Shown one piece after another: positions 19,557-30,393 of a stretch of DNA of 64,000 nucleotides. The DNA lies in the NCBI GenBank assembly GCA_040905565.1, contig JBBDRF010000001.1, positions 1 to 64,000 on the forward strand. The letters are read 5' to 3'. Below the pieces are notes generated by a model. The model was not told the DNA's origin, did no database searches, and saw only the letters and a program-made list of their open reading frames with translations. Every line of letters begins with the position of its first letter. Within the stretch, counting starts at the first letter, position 1. This DNA is from Phycisphaeraceae bacterium. GTDB taxonomy: Bacteria; Planctomycetota; Phycisphaerae; Phycisphaerales; Zrk34. The position numbers were made by a program, and so were the translations under genes.

Positions 19557-20754
19557 TCTTTTGAACCGGACCCCGCCTGTGTCACCACCATCCCTACCGG
19601 GCTCGCTTACTCCCCCCACCGCTGCGGACGACTATGCCCGCTGGGCGGCCCGGGCCGTTGCCGACGAACCGATCAGCCGCGAAGATGCTCTGACGATCCT
19701 CGAGCGCGACGACCCGTTCGATCTGCTCGCGATCGCCCAGGCTGCGGGGCAGGTCAGGCAGCATTATTTCGGCCGATCCGTCACGATTCACGTGCTGGAC
19801 AATGTCCAGAACGGTGCGTGCCCGGAGGACTGCGGCTACTGCGGTCAATCCAAAGATTCGACCGCACCGATTCAACCTTACAAACTCAAAAGCGTTGACG
19901 ACATCGTCGCCCAGGCAAAAGCCGCCCAGGAGCGCGGGGCGTATCGCTTCTGTATGGCGCTGTCGGGCCGGGGCCCGGATCAGCGCGACATCAGCCACAT
20001 GACCGAGGCCATTCGGCAGATCAAGGCCATGGGCATGCGCACGTGTCTTTCGTCAGGGCTGCTGGATGACGAGAAGGCCGACCAGCTTGCGGAGGCGGGG
20101 CTCGATCGGCTGAACCATAATCTCAACACGTCCCGCCGGCACTACCCGGATATCTGCAAGACGCACACCTACGACGATCGCGTCCGCACGCTCGCCTCGG
20201 CCAGGCAGGCGGGCATCGGGCTCTGCTCGGGCATGATCGTGGGGATGAACGAGACGCATGAGGACATTCTGGACGTCGCCTTCGCGCTGCGAGAGGTGAA
20301 CGCCGAGTCGATCCCCGTGAACTTCCTGCTGCCGATCGAAGGCAACCGCGTGAACGAGCCGTTGAGCAACGGTCAGCCGTTGACGCCGGCTTACGTCGTG
20401 CGGGTGCTGAGCATGATGCGGCTGGTGAATCCGCGAGCCGAGATCCGCGTCGCCGCCGGGCGTGAGGCCCATCTTCGGGCGCTTCAGCCGTTGGCGCTGT
20501 GGCCCGCGAATTCGCTGTTCATGGATGGTTACCTGCTCACCGAAGGGGCGGGCGTGGACCAGACGCTTCGGATGATCGTCGAAGCCGGCTTCGCCCCCGC
20601 GTTCGATCAGCCCGAAGCCCTGCCGGCGCGTATCCGGGACTACCTTGAGAACCCCGCGGCTGCCCAGGCCTCGTCGCCTGAATCCAGCGGCACCGATGGT
20701 GCGGTGCCCGAACTGGGCACGCGTCTTAAAGCCGCCGTCTCCCGACGGGGTTGA
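19546..20754 (+). CDS. bioB: Biotin synthase (radical SAM)
   Basis: CPEDCGYCGQS, NHNLNTS, CSGMIVGMNE, SIPVNFL, IRVAAGRE, ANSLF. Confidence 0.95.
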   Translation: MPADLLNRTPPVSPPSLPGSLTPPTAADDYARWAARAVADEPISREDALTILERDDPFDLLAIAQAAGQVRQHYFGRSVTIHVLDNVQNGACPEDCGYCGQSKDSTAPIQPYKLKSVDDIVAQAKAAQERGAYRFCMALSGRGPDQRDISHMTEAIRQIKAMGMRTCLSSGLLDDEKADQLAEAGLDRLNHNLNTSRRHYPDICKTHTYDDRVRTLASARQAGIGLCSGMIVGMNETHEDILDVAFALREVNAESIPVNFLLPIEGNRVNEPLSNGQPLTPAYVVRVLSMMRLVNPRAEIRVAAGREAHLRALQPLALWPANSLFMDGYLLTEGAGVDQTLRMIVEAGFAPAFDQPEALPARIRDYLENPAAAQASSPESSGTDGAVPELGTRLKAAVSRRG

Positions 20755-20775
20755 ATCACACCCAAGCATCCCACC

Positions 20776-20993
20776 ACGAGCCGCGACCGTGAGGGAGTGG
20801 TTATGCGCCAAAGCTCTGCTCGCCCGCCGCACACGAGACTCGCGCCAGTGCCCCAGCCACAACCGCTTCCTTACCAGTTTTTTTCATCTGTTGCGTAAGT
20901 CGTTGATTTTCGCCGGTAGCCGAGGCCTCCTCTCGTATGCAAGGCGCGCGCAAAGTCTGGGCGCACAACCGCTCCCTTACGGTCGCGGCTCGT
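20776..20993. repeat. Family A REP-like composite containing a truncated MITE copy
   Basis: Direct unit at 20776-20809; inverted unit broken at TTAC 20871-20874; complete inverted unit at 20960-20993. Confidence 0.85.
20875..20993 (+). mobile_element. Truncated MITE copy (left TIR and internal region; right TIR missing)
   Basis: CAGTTTTTTTCATCTGTTGCGTAAGTCGTTGATTTTCG is collinear with 47096-47214 and starts immediately after the REP loop (TTAC). Confidence 0.8.
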
Positions 20994-21015
20994 ATTTAAG
21001 GCACTGACTGATTTT

Positions 21016-21936
21016 TCAATCCAGCAGGCGATGGGTGATCTCGCCGTAGGCATCGATGCGGCGGTCGCGCAGAAACGGCCAGCCGATCCGCTGCGCTTCG
21101 ATTGATGTCACATCCACCTCCGCCAGTAACACTGCGGGCTGATCCCCAGGCGCCTCGGCGATGATCGCCCCGGAAGGGTCGGCCACGAAGCTGCTGCCCC
21201 AGAATTCCAGCTCATCCTCGACGCCGATGCGGTTACAGGCTGCAACGTAAACGCCGTTGGTGATAGCGTGCGAACGCTGGACGGTCTGCCAGGCCTGAAG
21301 CTGAGCGGCCCGCGTTTCGGGCGTTTCGCCGTGCGTTCCCGGGCCCCGATCGGACGACGCGTCATGCGTGTACCAGCCGATGGCTGTGGGATAGAGCAGC
21401 AGCTCGGCGCCGCGTAGCGTGGTCAGCCTTGCCGCTTCGGGGTACCACTGATCCCAGCAGATGAGCATGCCCGTCCGCAGCCCGCTGTCCAGCGTCTGGC
21501 TGCGAAAACCGAGGTCGCCGGGCGTGAAGTAGTATTTCTCATAGAACCGCGGATCGTCGGGGATGTGCATCTTGCGATAGCGATCGATGATTTTCCCGGC
21601 CGGGTCGATCATGATCGACGTGTTGTGATATACCCCCGCCGCCCGCTTTTCAAAGAGCGACGCACTGATGCTCACGCGAAGCTCCGCCGCCACCTCGCAA
21701 AGCCGCTGCGAAGTCGGCCCGGGGATCGGCTCGGCAAGGGCAAAGCGGCGGTCGTCTTCGGTCTGGCAGAAGTAGCGACTTGCGAACAGTTCCTGCGTCA
21801 CGATCAGCTCGGCCTTACAACTGGCCGCTTCGCGGATCATCTCCACGCACGTGTCGACGTTCTTCTGCTTCTGCGGTGAGCACGCGTGCTGAAGCAGGGC
21901 AATGGTATGAGGACGTTGGGGGGGCGCGTCAGGCAT
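21016..21936 (-). CDS. Carbon-nitrogen hydrolase (N-carbamoylputrescine amidase, AguB-like)
   Basis: Triad E (TQELF), K (YRKMHIPDDP), C (ICWDQWYPE); YPTAIGW; TGaTACAAT-N7-ATG at 21936. Confidence 0.9.
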   Translation of the reverse strand: MPDAPPQRPHTIALLQHACSPQKQKNVDTCVEMIREAASCKAELIVTQELFASRYFCQTEDDRRFALAEPIPGPTSQRLCEVAAELRVSISASLFEKRAAGVYHNTSIMIDPAGKIIDRYRKMHIPDDPRFYEKYYFTPGDLGFRSQTLDSGLRTGMLICWDQWYPEAARLTTLRGAELLLYPTAIGWYTHDASSDRGPGTHGETPETRAAQLQAWQTVQRSHAITNGVYVAACNRIGVEDELEFWGSSFVADPSGAIIAEAPGDQPAVLLAEVDVTSIEAQRIGWPFLRDRRIDAYGEITHRLLD

Positions 21937-21962
21937 GGGCGGCATTGTATCAGGCGTTTTTG

Positions 21963-23063
21963 CTAATCGCCCGGGATGTCCGATGAGCGGTCGCCCAGGG
22001 TGTCGCGGACGTACAACTGCTGCACGGTCACCATCGTTACCGCCGCCAGCGGATGCCCGAAAAGCAGGCCCAACGGCCCAACCAGAATCAACAGCATGAT
22101 CTGGAACGTGATCGCCAGCGCCTTCGGCAGCTGCACTACACGCTGCTGAATCATCGGCGTAAGAAGGTAGCTCTCAAAGTTCTCCATCACCAGGTAGAAC
22201 ACGATCACGTAAAGCGCCAGCGTCGGACTGATCGCGAACGCCAGCAGGATCGGCAACAGCGATCCGAGGATCGGTCCGAAGGTCGGCATGAACGCCAGTA
22301 TCCCCGACAGCAGCCCCAGCACCGGCGCCAACGGCACGCCGAGCAGGTACAGCCCCGTCGTCGCCACGATGGCCAGGAATGCCATCGAAGCCCCCTGCCC
22401 GATCAGCCACCATCGGAGGGTATGGCCGAGCCTTTGCATCAGCTCCCGCAACTGAGGTCGATAGCTCATCGGCACCAGATGCACCACGCCGTTGACGTAA
22501 AGCTTGGGGTCTGATGCCAGGTAAATGCTGAGGAAGAATACCACCGCCACGCCGGTGAGCACCGACGTCACCCACCCCAGTGCACTGAACGCCCCCAGCC
22601 AAACACCCATCGAAGCGCCCGCAACGTCGTCCCAGCTGGGGATCCTGTCGAGCAGCGACTGTCCCCATTGATACTGGCTCATCCGCTGGCGTACTTGCTC
22701 GATGGCTTCCGGGATCAGCTGCTGCAGTTCATCGACCTGCGATGCGATGTACGGCGTGAGGAAGATCCCCGCCGCCACGAAAAGCGCCAGCAGCCCGAGA
22801 ATCACGGCCGTCAGCGCCGCGGTCGGCCCGATGCCGGTGAGGTACGAAACGCCATCCGCTAACGATCGCAGGAAGATCGCGAAGAGGATGCCGCCGAACA
22901 CCAGCAGCAGGACGTGCACCGAATACCACAGCAGCGCCATCAGCGCCACGAATACCGCGACGATCACCACAACCGTGGCGACGCGCGGAAAGTCAGACGC
23001 CCAGCTTCCGGCCGGGGCCGTGGCCTGACGCTCCGCTTTCGCTTTCTGATCCCCCTCCGCCAT
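21963..23063 (-). CDS. AI-2E family transporter
   Basis: Multi-TM; LAFMPTFGP, ESYLLTPMIQ, GLLFGHPL. Confidence 0.9.
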   Translation of the reverse strand: MAEGDQKAKAERQATAPAGSWASDFPRVATVVVIVAVFVALMALLWYSVHVLLLVFGGILFAIFLRSLADGVSYLTGIGPTAALTAVILGLLALFVAAGIFLTPYIASQVDELQQLIPEAIEQVRQRMSQYQWGQSLLDRIPSWDDVAGASMGVWLGAFSALGWVTSVLTGVAVVFFLSIYLASDPKLYVNGVVHLVPMSYRPQLRELMQRLGHTLRWWLIGQGASMAFLAIVATTGLYLLGVPLAPVLGLLSGILAFMPTFGPILGSLLPILLAFAISPTLALYVIVFYLVMENFESYLLTPMIQQRVVQLPKALAITFQIMLLILVGPLGLLFGHPLAAVTMVTVQQLYVRDTLGDRSSDIPGD

Positions 23064-23151
23064 CGCCCCCCCCCCGGCTGCTGCCGCTGCGGCTGCCGCC
23101 CACTATCCTAGCCGCCTCACCTAGCCCCAGCCTTGGCTGGCTTGCCGCGTG

Positions 23152-24201
23152 CTACTCCGTCGTGATCGTGTACTGCTTCAGCGAATCGGTCTGCTGCCGC
23201 ACCGCCTCGCCCACTTCGCCGAGTGTGGTGATGACGGCGGCCGCGCCGAACGCCTCGGTGAAGGCGAGCCCTGCCTCGGGGCCCATCACGGCGATGCTGC
23301 TGGCGAGCGCATCGGCCGTGGTCGCATCTTCCGCGATCACCGTTACGGCCAACGGCGTGGTGGTCGGCTCGCCTGTGCGCGGGTCGATGATGTGCGAATA
23401 GCGGACGCCGGCGATCTCCACGAACTGAAACACATCGCCCGAGGTCGCCACGGCCACATTGTCCGCAACCAGATAACGCGGCTCGACCTCATCTTCCGCC
23501 CCGGCAATCGGCTGAACCACCGCCACACGCCAGCCCGGCGCATCCGGAGGCGGGTCGCCCAGCGCCACATCGCCGCCGCCGTCCACCAACGCCCGCCCCA
23601 CGCCGTGCTCGCGGAGAACGGCCAGCGCCTCGGCCGTGGCGTAACCTTTGCCGATGCCGCCCAGATCCAGGCCCATCTCCGGCACGGCCAGCAGCGCCGT
23701 CTGGCTCCCTTCGTCCAGTTGAATATGTTCAAAGCCGACCGCCTCGCGGGCCTCAGCGAGGTACGCCTCAGCCGGCCGTTCGCCACGCCGCCGGGCGCGA
23801 CGCCACAGCCGAACCAGCGGGCCGACGGTGATGTCGAACGCGCCGTCGGTCGCCTGCGAAAATTCACGCGATCGCTTGAGCATGTAAAACAGATCGTCCG
23901 ACACCGGCACCGCCACGCCCGAGCCCGACTTCGCTGACAGCCGTGACAATTCCGACTCCGGATCGTAATCGCTCAGCGACGCATTAAGTGCGTCGATACG
24001 GGCAAAGGCTGCGTCGGAAGCGGCCTCGGCGGCGGCATCATCGGACGCATACAACACAATGCGGAACGTCGTCCCCATGTGCGGCTGCTCATAGACAAAA
24101 CGCCGAAGCCCCGCCTCCGCCTCAACCGGCGCCTCCGCCACACAGCCGGACAACAGAAGCCCCGACAAAACCATCGCCATCACAACAAGCTTGTAAAACA
24201 T
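23152..24201 (-). CDS. apbE: FAD:protein FMN transferase (ApbE) lipoprotein
   Basis: Lipobox LSGC, HMGTTF, GAFDITVGPL, DLGGIGKGY, ATSGD, YSHIIDPRTG, ADALAS. Confidence 0.92.
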   Translation of the reverse strand: MFYKLVVMAMVLSGLLLSGCVAEAPVEAEAGLRRFVYEQPHMGTTFRIVLYASDDAAAEAASDAAFARIDALNASLSDYDPESELSRLSAKSGSGVAVPVSDDLFYMLKRSREFSQATDGAFDITVGPLVRLWRRARRRGERPAEAYLAEAREAVGFEHIQLDEGSQTALLAVPEMGLDLGGIGKGYATAEALAVLREHGVGRALVDGGGDVALGDPPPDAPGWRVAVVQPIAGAEDEVEPRYLVADNVAVATSGDVFQFVEIAGVRYSHIIDPRTGEPTTTPLAVTVIAEDATTADALASSIAVMGPEAGLAFTEAFGAAAVITTLGEVGEAVRQQTDSLKQYTITTE

Positions 24202-24223
24202 GGTCGTCATTTTACCGCCCAAA

Positions 24224-24287
24224 GAGCCGGGTTGTCCCCCACCCGGCCGTCGCGCGTTAAAAAACCCGGCTGGGGACAACCCGGCTC
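24224..24287. repeat. Inverted pair of REP-like family B
   Basis: gagccgggttgtcccc ... ggggacaacccggctc (16-bp perfect IR) between divergent genes. Confidence 0.8.
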
Positions 24288-24335
24288 CTTTAGATTCGCT
24301 TGCACCGCCGCGGGCGATGAGCGATGCTTTAACGT

Positions 24336-24923
24336 ATGAAGTGGACGTGGGGTTCAGTGCGGTGGGTGGTCGTGCTGGTGAACGCGATGTCGGCCATGCG
24401 GTTGCTGCTCGCGGCCGGCTTCCCCTTACTCGAAGGTTACTGGCGTGCGGGCCTCATCCTGCTGGTCGCCCTAAGCGATGGTGCCGACGGGTTCATCGCA
24501 CGCCGCTACAACGCCGCCACGTGGCTCGGGGGCATCCTCGATGTCACCGCCGACAAAATATTCGTCTTCATCGTCCTCGGCACCTATCTCGCCGGCGGCG
24601 AGCTCAACGGCTGGGAAGTCAGCCTGCTGATTCTTCGCGACGTCGTCGTCTTCGGCGCGGTCACCTACATGGCTGGCATGCGGTTGTGGTACGGCTTCAA
24701 GCGGATGCCCGCCCGGCTGCTCGGCAAACTCACCACGGGAGCCATGTTCCTGCTCATCCTGCTTCTGGCGGTGTGGGGCGAAATGCGCCCGCTGCCGGTC
24801 CAGGCGCTGCTTATCGTGACCGTGCTGTTGAGCACCGCAGCCGCCGCCGACTATCTCGCTGTGACCCTCCGCGCCGAGCGCGATCGCCGAAGCAACAACC
24901 TCGCCCCGCATGATGCGCGGTAG
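24336..24923 (+). CDS. CDP-alcohol phosphatidyltransferase family protein
   Basis: DGADGFIARRYNAATWLGGILDVTADK signature; GKLTT. Confidence 0.9.
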   Translation: MKWTWGSVRWVVVLVNAMSAMRLLLAAGFPLLEGYWRAGLILLVALSDGADGFIARRYNAATWLGGILDVTADKIFVFIVLGTYLAGGELNGWEVSLLILRDVVVFGAVTYMAGMRLWYGFKRMPARLLGKLTTGAMFLLILLLAVWGEMRPLPVQALLIVTVLLSTAAAADYLAVTLRAERDRRSNNLAPHDAR

Positions 24924-25109
24924 CCGCCAGACGATGCGTCGCAGCCGTTGATGCACCACAGCGATAGAAAGGGAGCCGTTCGAGAAGTATAATGTTTTTG
25001 CAGACTTCACTGCGCTCTAATATCGTCGCCCGCCTACGCAGCGGCGACTTCGCGAACAGCCACCTCAGGCAAACAACACGGCCCCAGCCGCGGGCGAAGT
25101 GAGAAGAAT

Positions 25110-28100
25110 ATGGATGTTCGGTTCGCACTGAAAACCCTCGCCGTCGGCTTCGCCATCACATGCCTTGGTGCCGCGGCCGGGCCTGCTCATGCCGACGACC
25201 CGCAAACGCTTGAGTTTTTTGAACGCGAGGTCAGACCCCTGCTCGCGGAACGCTGCTTCGAGTGTCACGGCGTGCAACGGCAACGCTCCGATTTCCGCGT
25301 CGATCACATCCAGTTCATCCTCGAAGGCGGCGAAGCCGGCCCCGCCCTCACTCCGGGCGACGCCGAGCAGAGCCGGTTGATCAAGGCGATTCGCTACGAC
25401 GATGTTGATCTACAGATGCCGCCGCGCAGCAAGTTGCCTGAGGCCGAGATCGCCGTGCTTGAGCGGTGGGTGGAGATGGGCGCCCCCTGGCCGGATGAGC
25501 AGCCGCGTGAGGCGGAGGCCGGGCCGACGTTCGATCTCGACCAGAGGCTGACCGAGCACTGGGCGTGGGAGGGGCTCAAGCGTCCAGCCGTCCCCAGCGT
25601 GCAGCAATCGCAGGCGGTGGGCAACGCCATCGACGCGTTCATCGTCGCCAAGCTGGCCGAGGCGGACCTTGAGCCCACTGAGCAGGCCGACCGCCGCACG
25701 CTGATTCGCCGGCTGAGTTTCGACCTCACCGGCTTGCCCCCGACGCCCGAGGAGGTCGAGGCGTTCCTCGCCGACGACTCCGAAGACGCTTATGAGAAGG
25801 TCGTGGATCGCCTGCTGAATTCGCCTCACTTCGGCGAGCGGTGGGCGCGGCATTGGATGGACCTCGTCCGCTATGCCGAGACCTACGGCCACGAATTCGA
25901 CTACCCCATCCACCACGCGTGGCGCTACCGCGACTACCTCATCCGTGCCTTCAACGACGACGTCCCCTACGACCAGCTCGTCACCGAACACCTCGCCGGC
26001 GACCTGCTCGATGAGCCTCGCATCAACGGCGACGGCGGCTTCAACGAGTCCATCCTCGGCACCGGCTTCTTCTGGTTCGGCGAGGCTATCCACGCCCCCG
26101 TCGATGTCCGCGCCGACCAAGCCGACCGCATCGACAACCAGATCGACGTGGTCAGCAAAACGTTCGTCGGCCTCACCGTTTCCTGCGCCCGCTGTCACGA
26201 TCACATGTTCGACGCGATTTCGACGGCCGACTACTACGCGATGTACGGCATCTTCGCCGGCTCCCGCCGTGACGAAACGCACCTCGATCAGCACGGCCGC
26301 ATCACCGAGTCGCGAAAGCTCATCGAAGCGCTGCGAGGCGAAGCAGACGCAGCGTTCGCAGCCTCTTTGCCCGCCGCCGACGAAGCAGCGGACCACGTCG
26401 CCCGATACCTCACCGCCGCCCTGCCGGTGCTGCGTGATGCCGATGCGTTGGCCGCCGTCGCTGCGGAACATGATCTCGATGCAGCGATGCTTCAGCGATG
26501 GGTCACAGCCATCGAGCACGAAGCAGTCGACCAGCACCACCACCCGTTGCAGCCCCTGAAGCAAGCAGCGCACCAGGAGTCGCTCAGCGACGCGTGGCCC
26601 GCAGTTCGCCAGCGCCTGACTGACGAAGCCGACGGACACAAGCAAAGCATCGCACAGGGTGAGGTCTTTACCGATTTCCGCGACGGGTACGATGGCTGGC
26701 GCGCCACCGGGCAGGCGTTCGATGCATCGCCCACGCAAGCGGACCGGGCCGATGCGGCACGCAGCGAACTGCACCGGCCGCACATGGCGCACAGCGGCAC
26801 CACCGCGCCGAAGATGCGAGGCGTGCTGCGCTCGCCCACCTTCACCATCGATTCCAATCACATCCATTACCGCATGGCTGGCGAAGGCGGGCAGGCCCGC
26901 CTCATCATCGACAACTACTTCATGGATGTCTTCAACGGCCTGCTCTTCGGGGGCATGCACTTCCAGATCAACACGGACGGCAACCTCACCTGGCACACCC
27001 AGAACGTGAGCCGCTACAAAGGGCGACGCGCCCACATCGAGCTCATCGACGACGGCGACGGCTGGGCGGCGCTCGACAAGGTCTTCTTCTCCGACCACGG
27101 CTCGCCGCCGACAATCAACCCCCTCGCGACCAGTCTGCCCGATGCTGAAAGCGTCCAGAAACCCGCCGACCTCATCGAGGCCTACGCCGCACTGATCGGC
27201 AAGGCCACCGCCCAGGTCAAAGATGCCGACGCCGATGCCGATGCCGAGCTTGTCACGCTGCTCAACTGGGCCCTTCGCCACGACCTGCTGCCACGGGGCG
27301 AAACGCAAAGCGATTTTGACGATCTCGCCCGCCGCATCGCCGAGGCCCGGGAGAAGGTGCCGCATCCGATGCGTGCGCTCGCCACGGCCGACGGCAACGG
27401 CATCGACGAAAACGTCTTCATCCGCGGTTCACATCAGACGCTCGGCGACGTCGTGCCCCGCCGTTTCCTCGAGGGCATCGCCGGCAGCGATCAGGCCCCG
27501 ATGCCCGCCGACTCAAGCGGTCGCCTGCAGCTGGCGCAGCGAATTACGGATCCGGAAAACCCCTTCTACAGCCGCGTGATTGTGAATCGGCTCTGGCATC
27601 ACCTGTTCGGCCGAGGCATCGTCGAGACGGTCGACAACTTCGGCGTGCTGGGCGCCGAGCCGACCCACCCCGAGCTGCTGGACTACCTCGCGACGCGGTT
27701 TCTTGACGAAGGCCAGTCACTCAAAAACATGATCCGCCTGATGGTCACCTCCCGTACGTATCGCATGGCCAGCACGCCCGGTCCCGGCGACGCGGTCGAC
27801 CCGACCAACCGTCTGTTCCACCGCATGCCGATCCGCCGTCTCGAAGGCGAAGCCATTCGCGACGCCACCCTTGCTGTCTCCGGCAGGCTCGACCGCAGCC
27901 TGCATGGCCCGAGCGTGAAGGTCCACCTCTCGGACTTCATGACCGGTCGCGGCCGCCCCGGCGGTTCCGGCCCGCTCGACGGCAACGGCCGACGCAGCAT
28001 CTACACCGAGGTCCGTCGCAACTTTTTGCCGCCGATGATGCTCGCCTTCGACACACCGATCCCCTTCTCGACCGTGGGCAACCGCAGCGCCTCCAACGTC

Positions 28101-28388
28101 CCCGCACAGGCGCTCATCCTGCTGAATGATCCGTTCATTGTCGAGCAGGCACGCCTCTGGGCCGATCGCGTCAACAGCGAACACCCCGAGGCGAGCATGA
28201 CCGATCGCATCGAACACATGTACATCATGGCCTACGCCCGCCCGCCCAGTGAGCACGAGCTGAGCTACGCCGAGGCGTTCTTTACGCAGCAGTCGCAGGC
28301 GCTCGGCGTCGAGCGCGACGCCCCCGCCGTCTGGGCCGATTTCGCCCACGTGTTGATGAACGTGAAAGAGTTCATCTTCATCAACTGA
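25110..28388 (+). CDS. Planctomycete cytochrome c + DUF1549/DUF1553 (PSD1) domain protein
   Basis: FFEREVRPLLAERCFECH, GERWARHWMDLVRYAET, CARCHDH, VNRLWHHLFGRGIV, QALILLN. Confidence 0.92.
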   Translation: MDVRFALKTLAVGFAITCLGAAAGPAHADDPQTLEFFEREVRPLLAERCFECHGVQRQRSDFRVDHIQFILEGGEAGPALTPGDAEQSRLIKAIRYDDVDLQMPPRSKLPEAEIAVLERWVEMGAPWPDEQPREAEAGPTFDLDQRLTEHWAWEGLKRPAVPSVQQSQAVGNAIDAFIVAKLAEADLEPTEQADRRTLIRRLSFDLTGLPPTPEEVEAFLADDSEDAYEKVVDRLLNSPHFGERWARHWMDLVRYAETYGHEFDYPIHHAWRYRDYLIRAFNDDVPYDQLVTEHLAGDLLDEPRINGDGGFNESILGTGFFWFGEAIHAPVDVRADQADRIDNQIDVVSKTFVGLTVSCARCHDHMFDAISTADYYAMYGIFAGSRRDETHLDQHGRITESRKLIEALRGEADAAFAASLPAADEAADHVARYLTAALPVLRDADALAAVAAEHDLDAAMLQRWVTAIEHEAVDQHHHPLQPLKQAAHQESLSDAWPAVRQRLTDEADGHKQSIAQGEVFTDFRDGYDGWRATGQAFDASPTQADRADAARSELHRPHMAHSGTTAPKMRGVLRSPTFTIDSNHIHYRMAGEGGQARLIIDNYFMDVFNGLLFGGMHFQINTDGNLTWHTQNVSRYKGRRAHIELIDDGDGWAALDKVFFSDHGSPPTINPLATSLPDAESVQKPADLIEAYAALIGKATAQVKDADADADAELVTLLNWALRHDLLPRGETQSDFDDLARRIAEAREKVPHPMRALATADGNGIDENVFIRGSHQTLGDVVPRRFLEGIAGSDQAPMPADSSGRLQLAQRITDPENPFYSRVIVNRLWHHLFGRGIVETVDNFGVLGAEPTHPELLDYLATRFLDEGQSLKNMIRLMVTSRTYRMASTPGPGDAVDPTNRLFHRMPIRRLEGEAIRDATLAVSGRLDRSLHGPSVKVHLSDFMTGRGRPGGSGPLDGNGRRSIYTEVRRNFLPPMMLAFDTPIPFSTVGNRSASNVPAQALILLNDPFIVEQARLWADRVNSEHPEASMTDRIEHMYIMAYARPPSEHELSYAEAFFTQQSQALGVERDAPAVWADFAHVLMNVKEFIFIN

Positions 28389-28409
28389 AACTTTTCGAGA
28401 GAGCAGCCC

Positions 28410-29834
28410 ATGCATTGCGGTCGATTCATCCACCCCTGCGTCACCCGTCGGCAGATGCTTCAGCGTACCACGCAAGGCTTCGGGGCCGTCGCGCTGGCGG
28501 CACTGATGCAGGATCCCGCCTTCGGCGCGAGCCCCGGTGAAAGCCATCTTGCGCCCCGCCGACCTCACCATGCGCCCAAGGTCCGCAATGTCATCTTCCT
28601 CTACATGGACGGCGGCGTCTCGCAGGTCGACTCGTTCGACCCCAAGCCTCGCTTGCAGGCGGAGGACGGCAAGCCGTTCGGCGAACGCATCGAACCCACG
28701 CAGTTCAACAACATCGGCAACACGATGGGCAGCCGCTGGAAGTTCCGCCGTTACGGACAAAGCGGCACCCCCGTCAGCGATCTGTTCCCCCACATGGGCG
28801 AATGCGTCGACGACCTGGCCGTGATCCGCTCGATGACCAGCTCATTCTCCGAGCACACCAACGCCAACTATTTCCTGCACACCGGCATGGGCATTCAGGG
28901 CCGGCCGAGCATGGGCGCGTGGGTCGGCTACGGCCTCGGCAGTGAGAACCAGAACCTGCCCGGCTACATCGTGCTCAACGGCGGCCTTACCCCGCCGGGC
29001 GGGCTGGACAACTTCGGCTCGGGCTTCCTGCCCGCGACGTACCAGGCTTCGATCTTTCGGCCCGCCTCGCCGCCCGTCGCCAACCTCAACCCCGCCGACA
29101 GCCGTCCGGACCTGCAGCGCAACAAGCTCGCCCTGATGAGCCAGCTCGATGAACAGGGCATGCAGCGGTCGGGCCGCGTCGATGCCGTCGAATCCGCCAT
29201 CGCCAATTACGAACTCGCCTTCCGCATGCAGGCCGAGGTCCCCGACCTGATGGACCTCAGCACCGAGTCCGAAGCCACTCGCGAGATGTACGGCTTCGAC
29301 CGCGAGACCAAAGGCACCGCCACGTTCGCCCAGCAATGCCTGCTGGCAAGGCGACTCGTGGAGCGCGGCGTCCGATTCGTCGAACTCACCTGCCCGAGCA
29401 TCGGCCACGATCGCTGGGACCAACATTCCAATTTCGAAGCCGGCCACCGCGAAAATGCGCTCGCCGTCGATCAACCCATCGGTGCCCTGCTGAAGGATCT
29501 CAAACGTCGCGGGCTTTGGGAATCGACGCTGGTCGTCTGGACCGGCGAGTTCGGCCGAACGCCCTTCGCACAGGGCAACAACGGACGCGACCACAACCCC
29601 TTCGGCTTCTCAATGTGGATGGCGGGCGGCGGCGTGAAAGGCGGCACCGTCTACGGCCGTACCGACGAACACGGCTACAAGGTCGTCGAAAATCGCCTGG
29701 ACATTCACGACCTCCACGCGAACATGCTCCACCTGCTCGGCGTCGACCACACCCGCCTGACCTACCGCTTCGGCGGCCGCGACATCCGCCTCACCGACGT
29801 CCACGGCGAAATCGTCCACGACATCCTCACCTGA
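28410..29834 (+). CDS. DUF1501 family protein (Tat-exported)
   Basis: Twin-arginine [36 protein letters not shown]. Confidence 0.92.
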   Translation: MHCGRFIHPCVTRRQMLQRTTQGFGAVALAALMQDPAFGASPGESHLAPRRPHHAPKVRNVIFLYMDGGVSQVDSFDPKPRLQAEDGKPFGERIEPTQFNNIGNTMGSRWKFRRYGQSGTPVSDLFPHMGECVDDLAVIRSMTSSFSEHTNANYFLHTGMGIQGRPSMGAWVGYGLGSENQNLPGYIVLNGGLTPPGGLDNFGSGFLPATYQASIFRPASPPVANLNPADSRPDLQRNKLALMSQLDEQGMQRSGRVDAVESAIANYELAFRMQAEVPDLMDLSTESEATREMYGFDRETKGTATFAQQCLLARRLVERGVRFVELTCPSIGHDRWDQHSNFEAGHRENALAVDQPIGALLKDLKRRGLWESTLVVWTGEFGRTPFAQGNNGRDHNPFGFSMWMAGGGVKGGTVYGRTDEHGYKVVENRLDIHDLHANMLHLLGVDHTRLTYRFGGRDIRLTDVHGEIVHDILT

Positions 29835-29890
29835 CCCCACCACCGCCCCCCCACCTTTTCCCGCTGCATTCTCAACGACGTGCGCGCTCA

Positions 29891-30292
29891 TCACGCTTCC
29901 GGGGCGCTCATGCCCATCTTCTCGAACACCGGTTCGAGCGGCTCCAGCGCGTCCACCTCTTCCAGCCGCATCATCTGCTTGATCATGGTCGACCCCGCTG
30001 AAGCCATGCGATCACGGTAGCGTTCCAGCAGTTCATGATTGTCGTCAGGCGTCAGCTCACCCATCGCACCCATGCGAGCGTCCGCCTCCTGCCACCGCTC
30101 CGCGAGTGCGAGCAGATCGTCCACCGCGGCCTCGGCATCGGCACGGTTCTCAATCGCCGCCAGCGCTTCGCCCATCTCCTCCAGCGTCGTCACCATGTCT
30201 TCCACCGCAGCATCAGGCGAGTCGCCACACCCGCCGATCGACAACACACTCAAAGCGAGCAGCACCACAGTCACGCCAACAGGAAACCGCAT
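29891..30292 (-). CDS. Hypothetical helical lipoprotein
   Basis: Lipobox IGGC; acidic helical body. Confidence 0.7.
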   Translation of the reverse strand: MRFPVGVTVVLLALSVLSIGGCGDSPDAAVEDMVTTLEEMGEALAAIENRADAEAAVDDLLALAERWQEADARMGAMGELTPDDNHELLERYRDRMASAGSTMIKQMMRLEEVDALEPLEPVFEKMGMSAPEA

Positions 30293-30393
30293 AACCCAAA
30301 CCTTTCAGCATCAGACAATGTCCGCCGCCACGCGCGGCAGCCCCATCATAACGCGGCTCGTCTCGCTCGCCGATTTCTGGCATACTGCCGACG

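Noticed and set aside
25110..29834. DUF1549/DUF1553 plus DUF1501 pair as a novel system
   Set aside because: A well-known, highly paralogous planctomycete module; nothing distinctive here.
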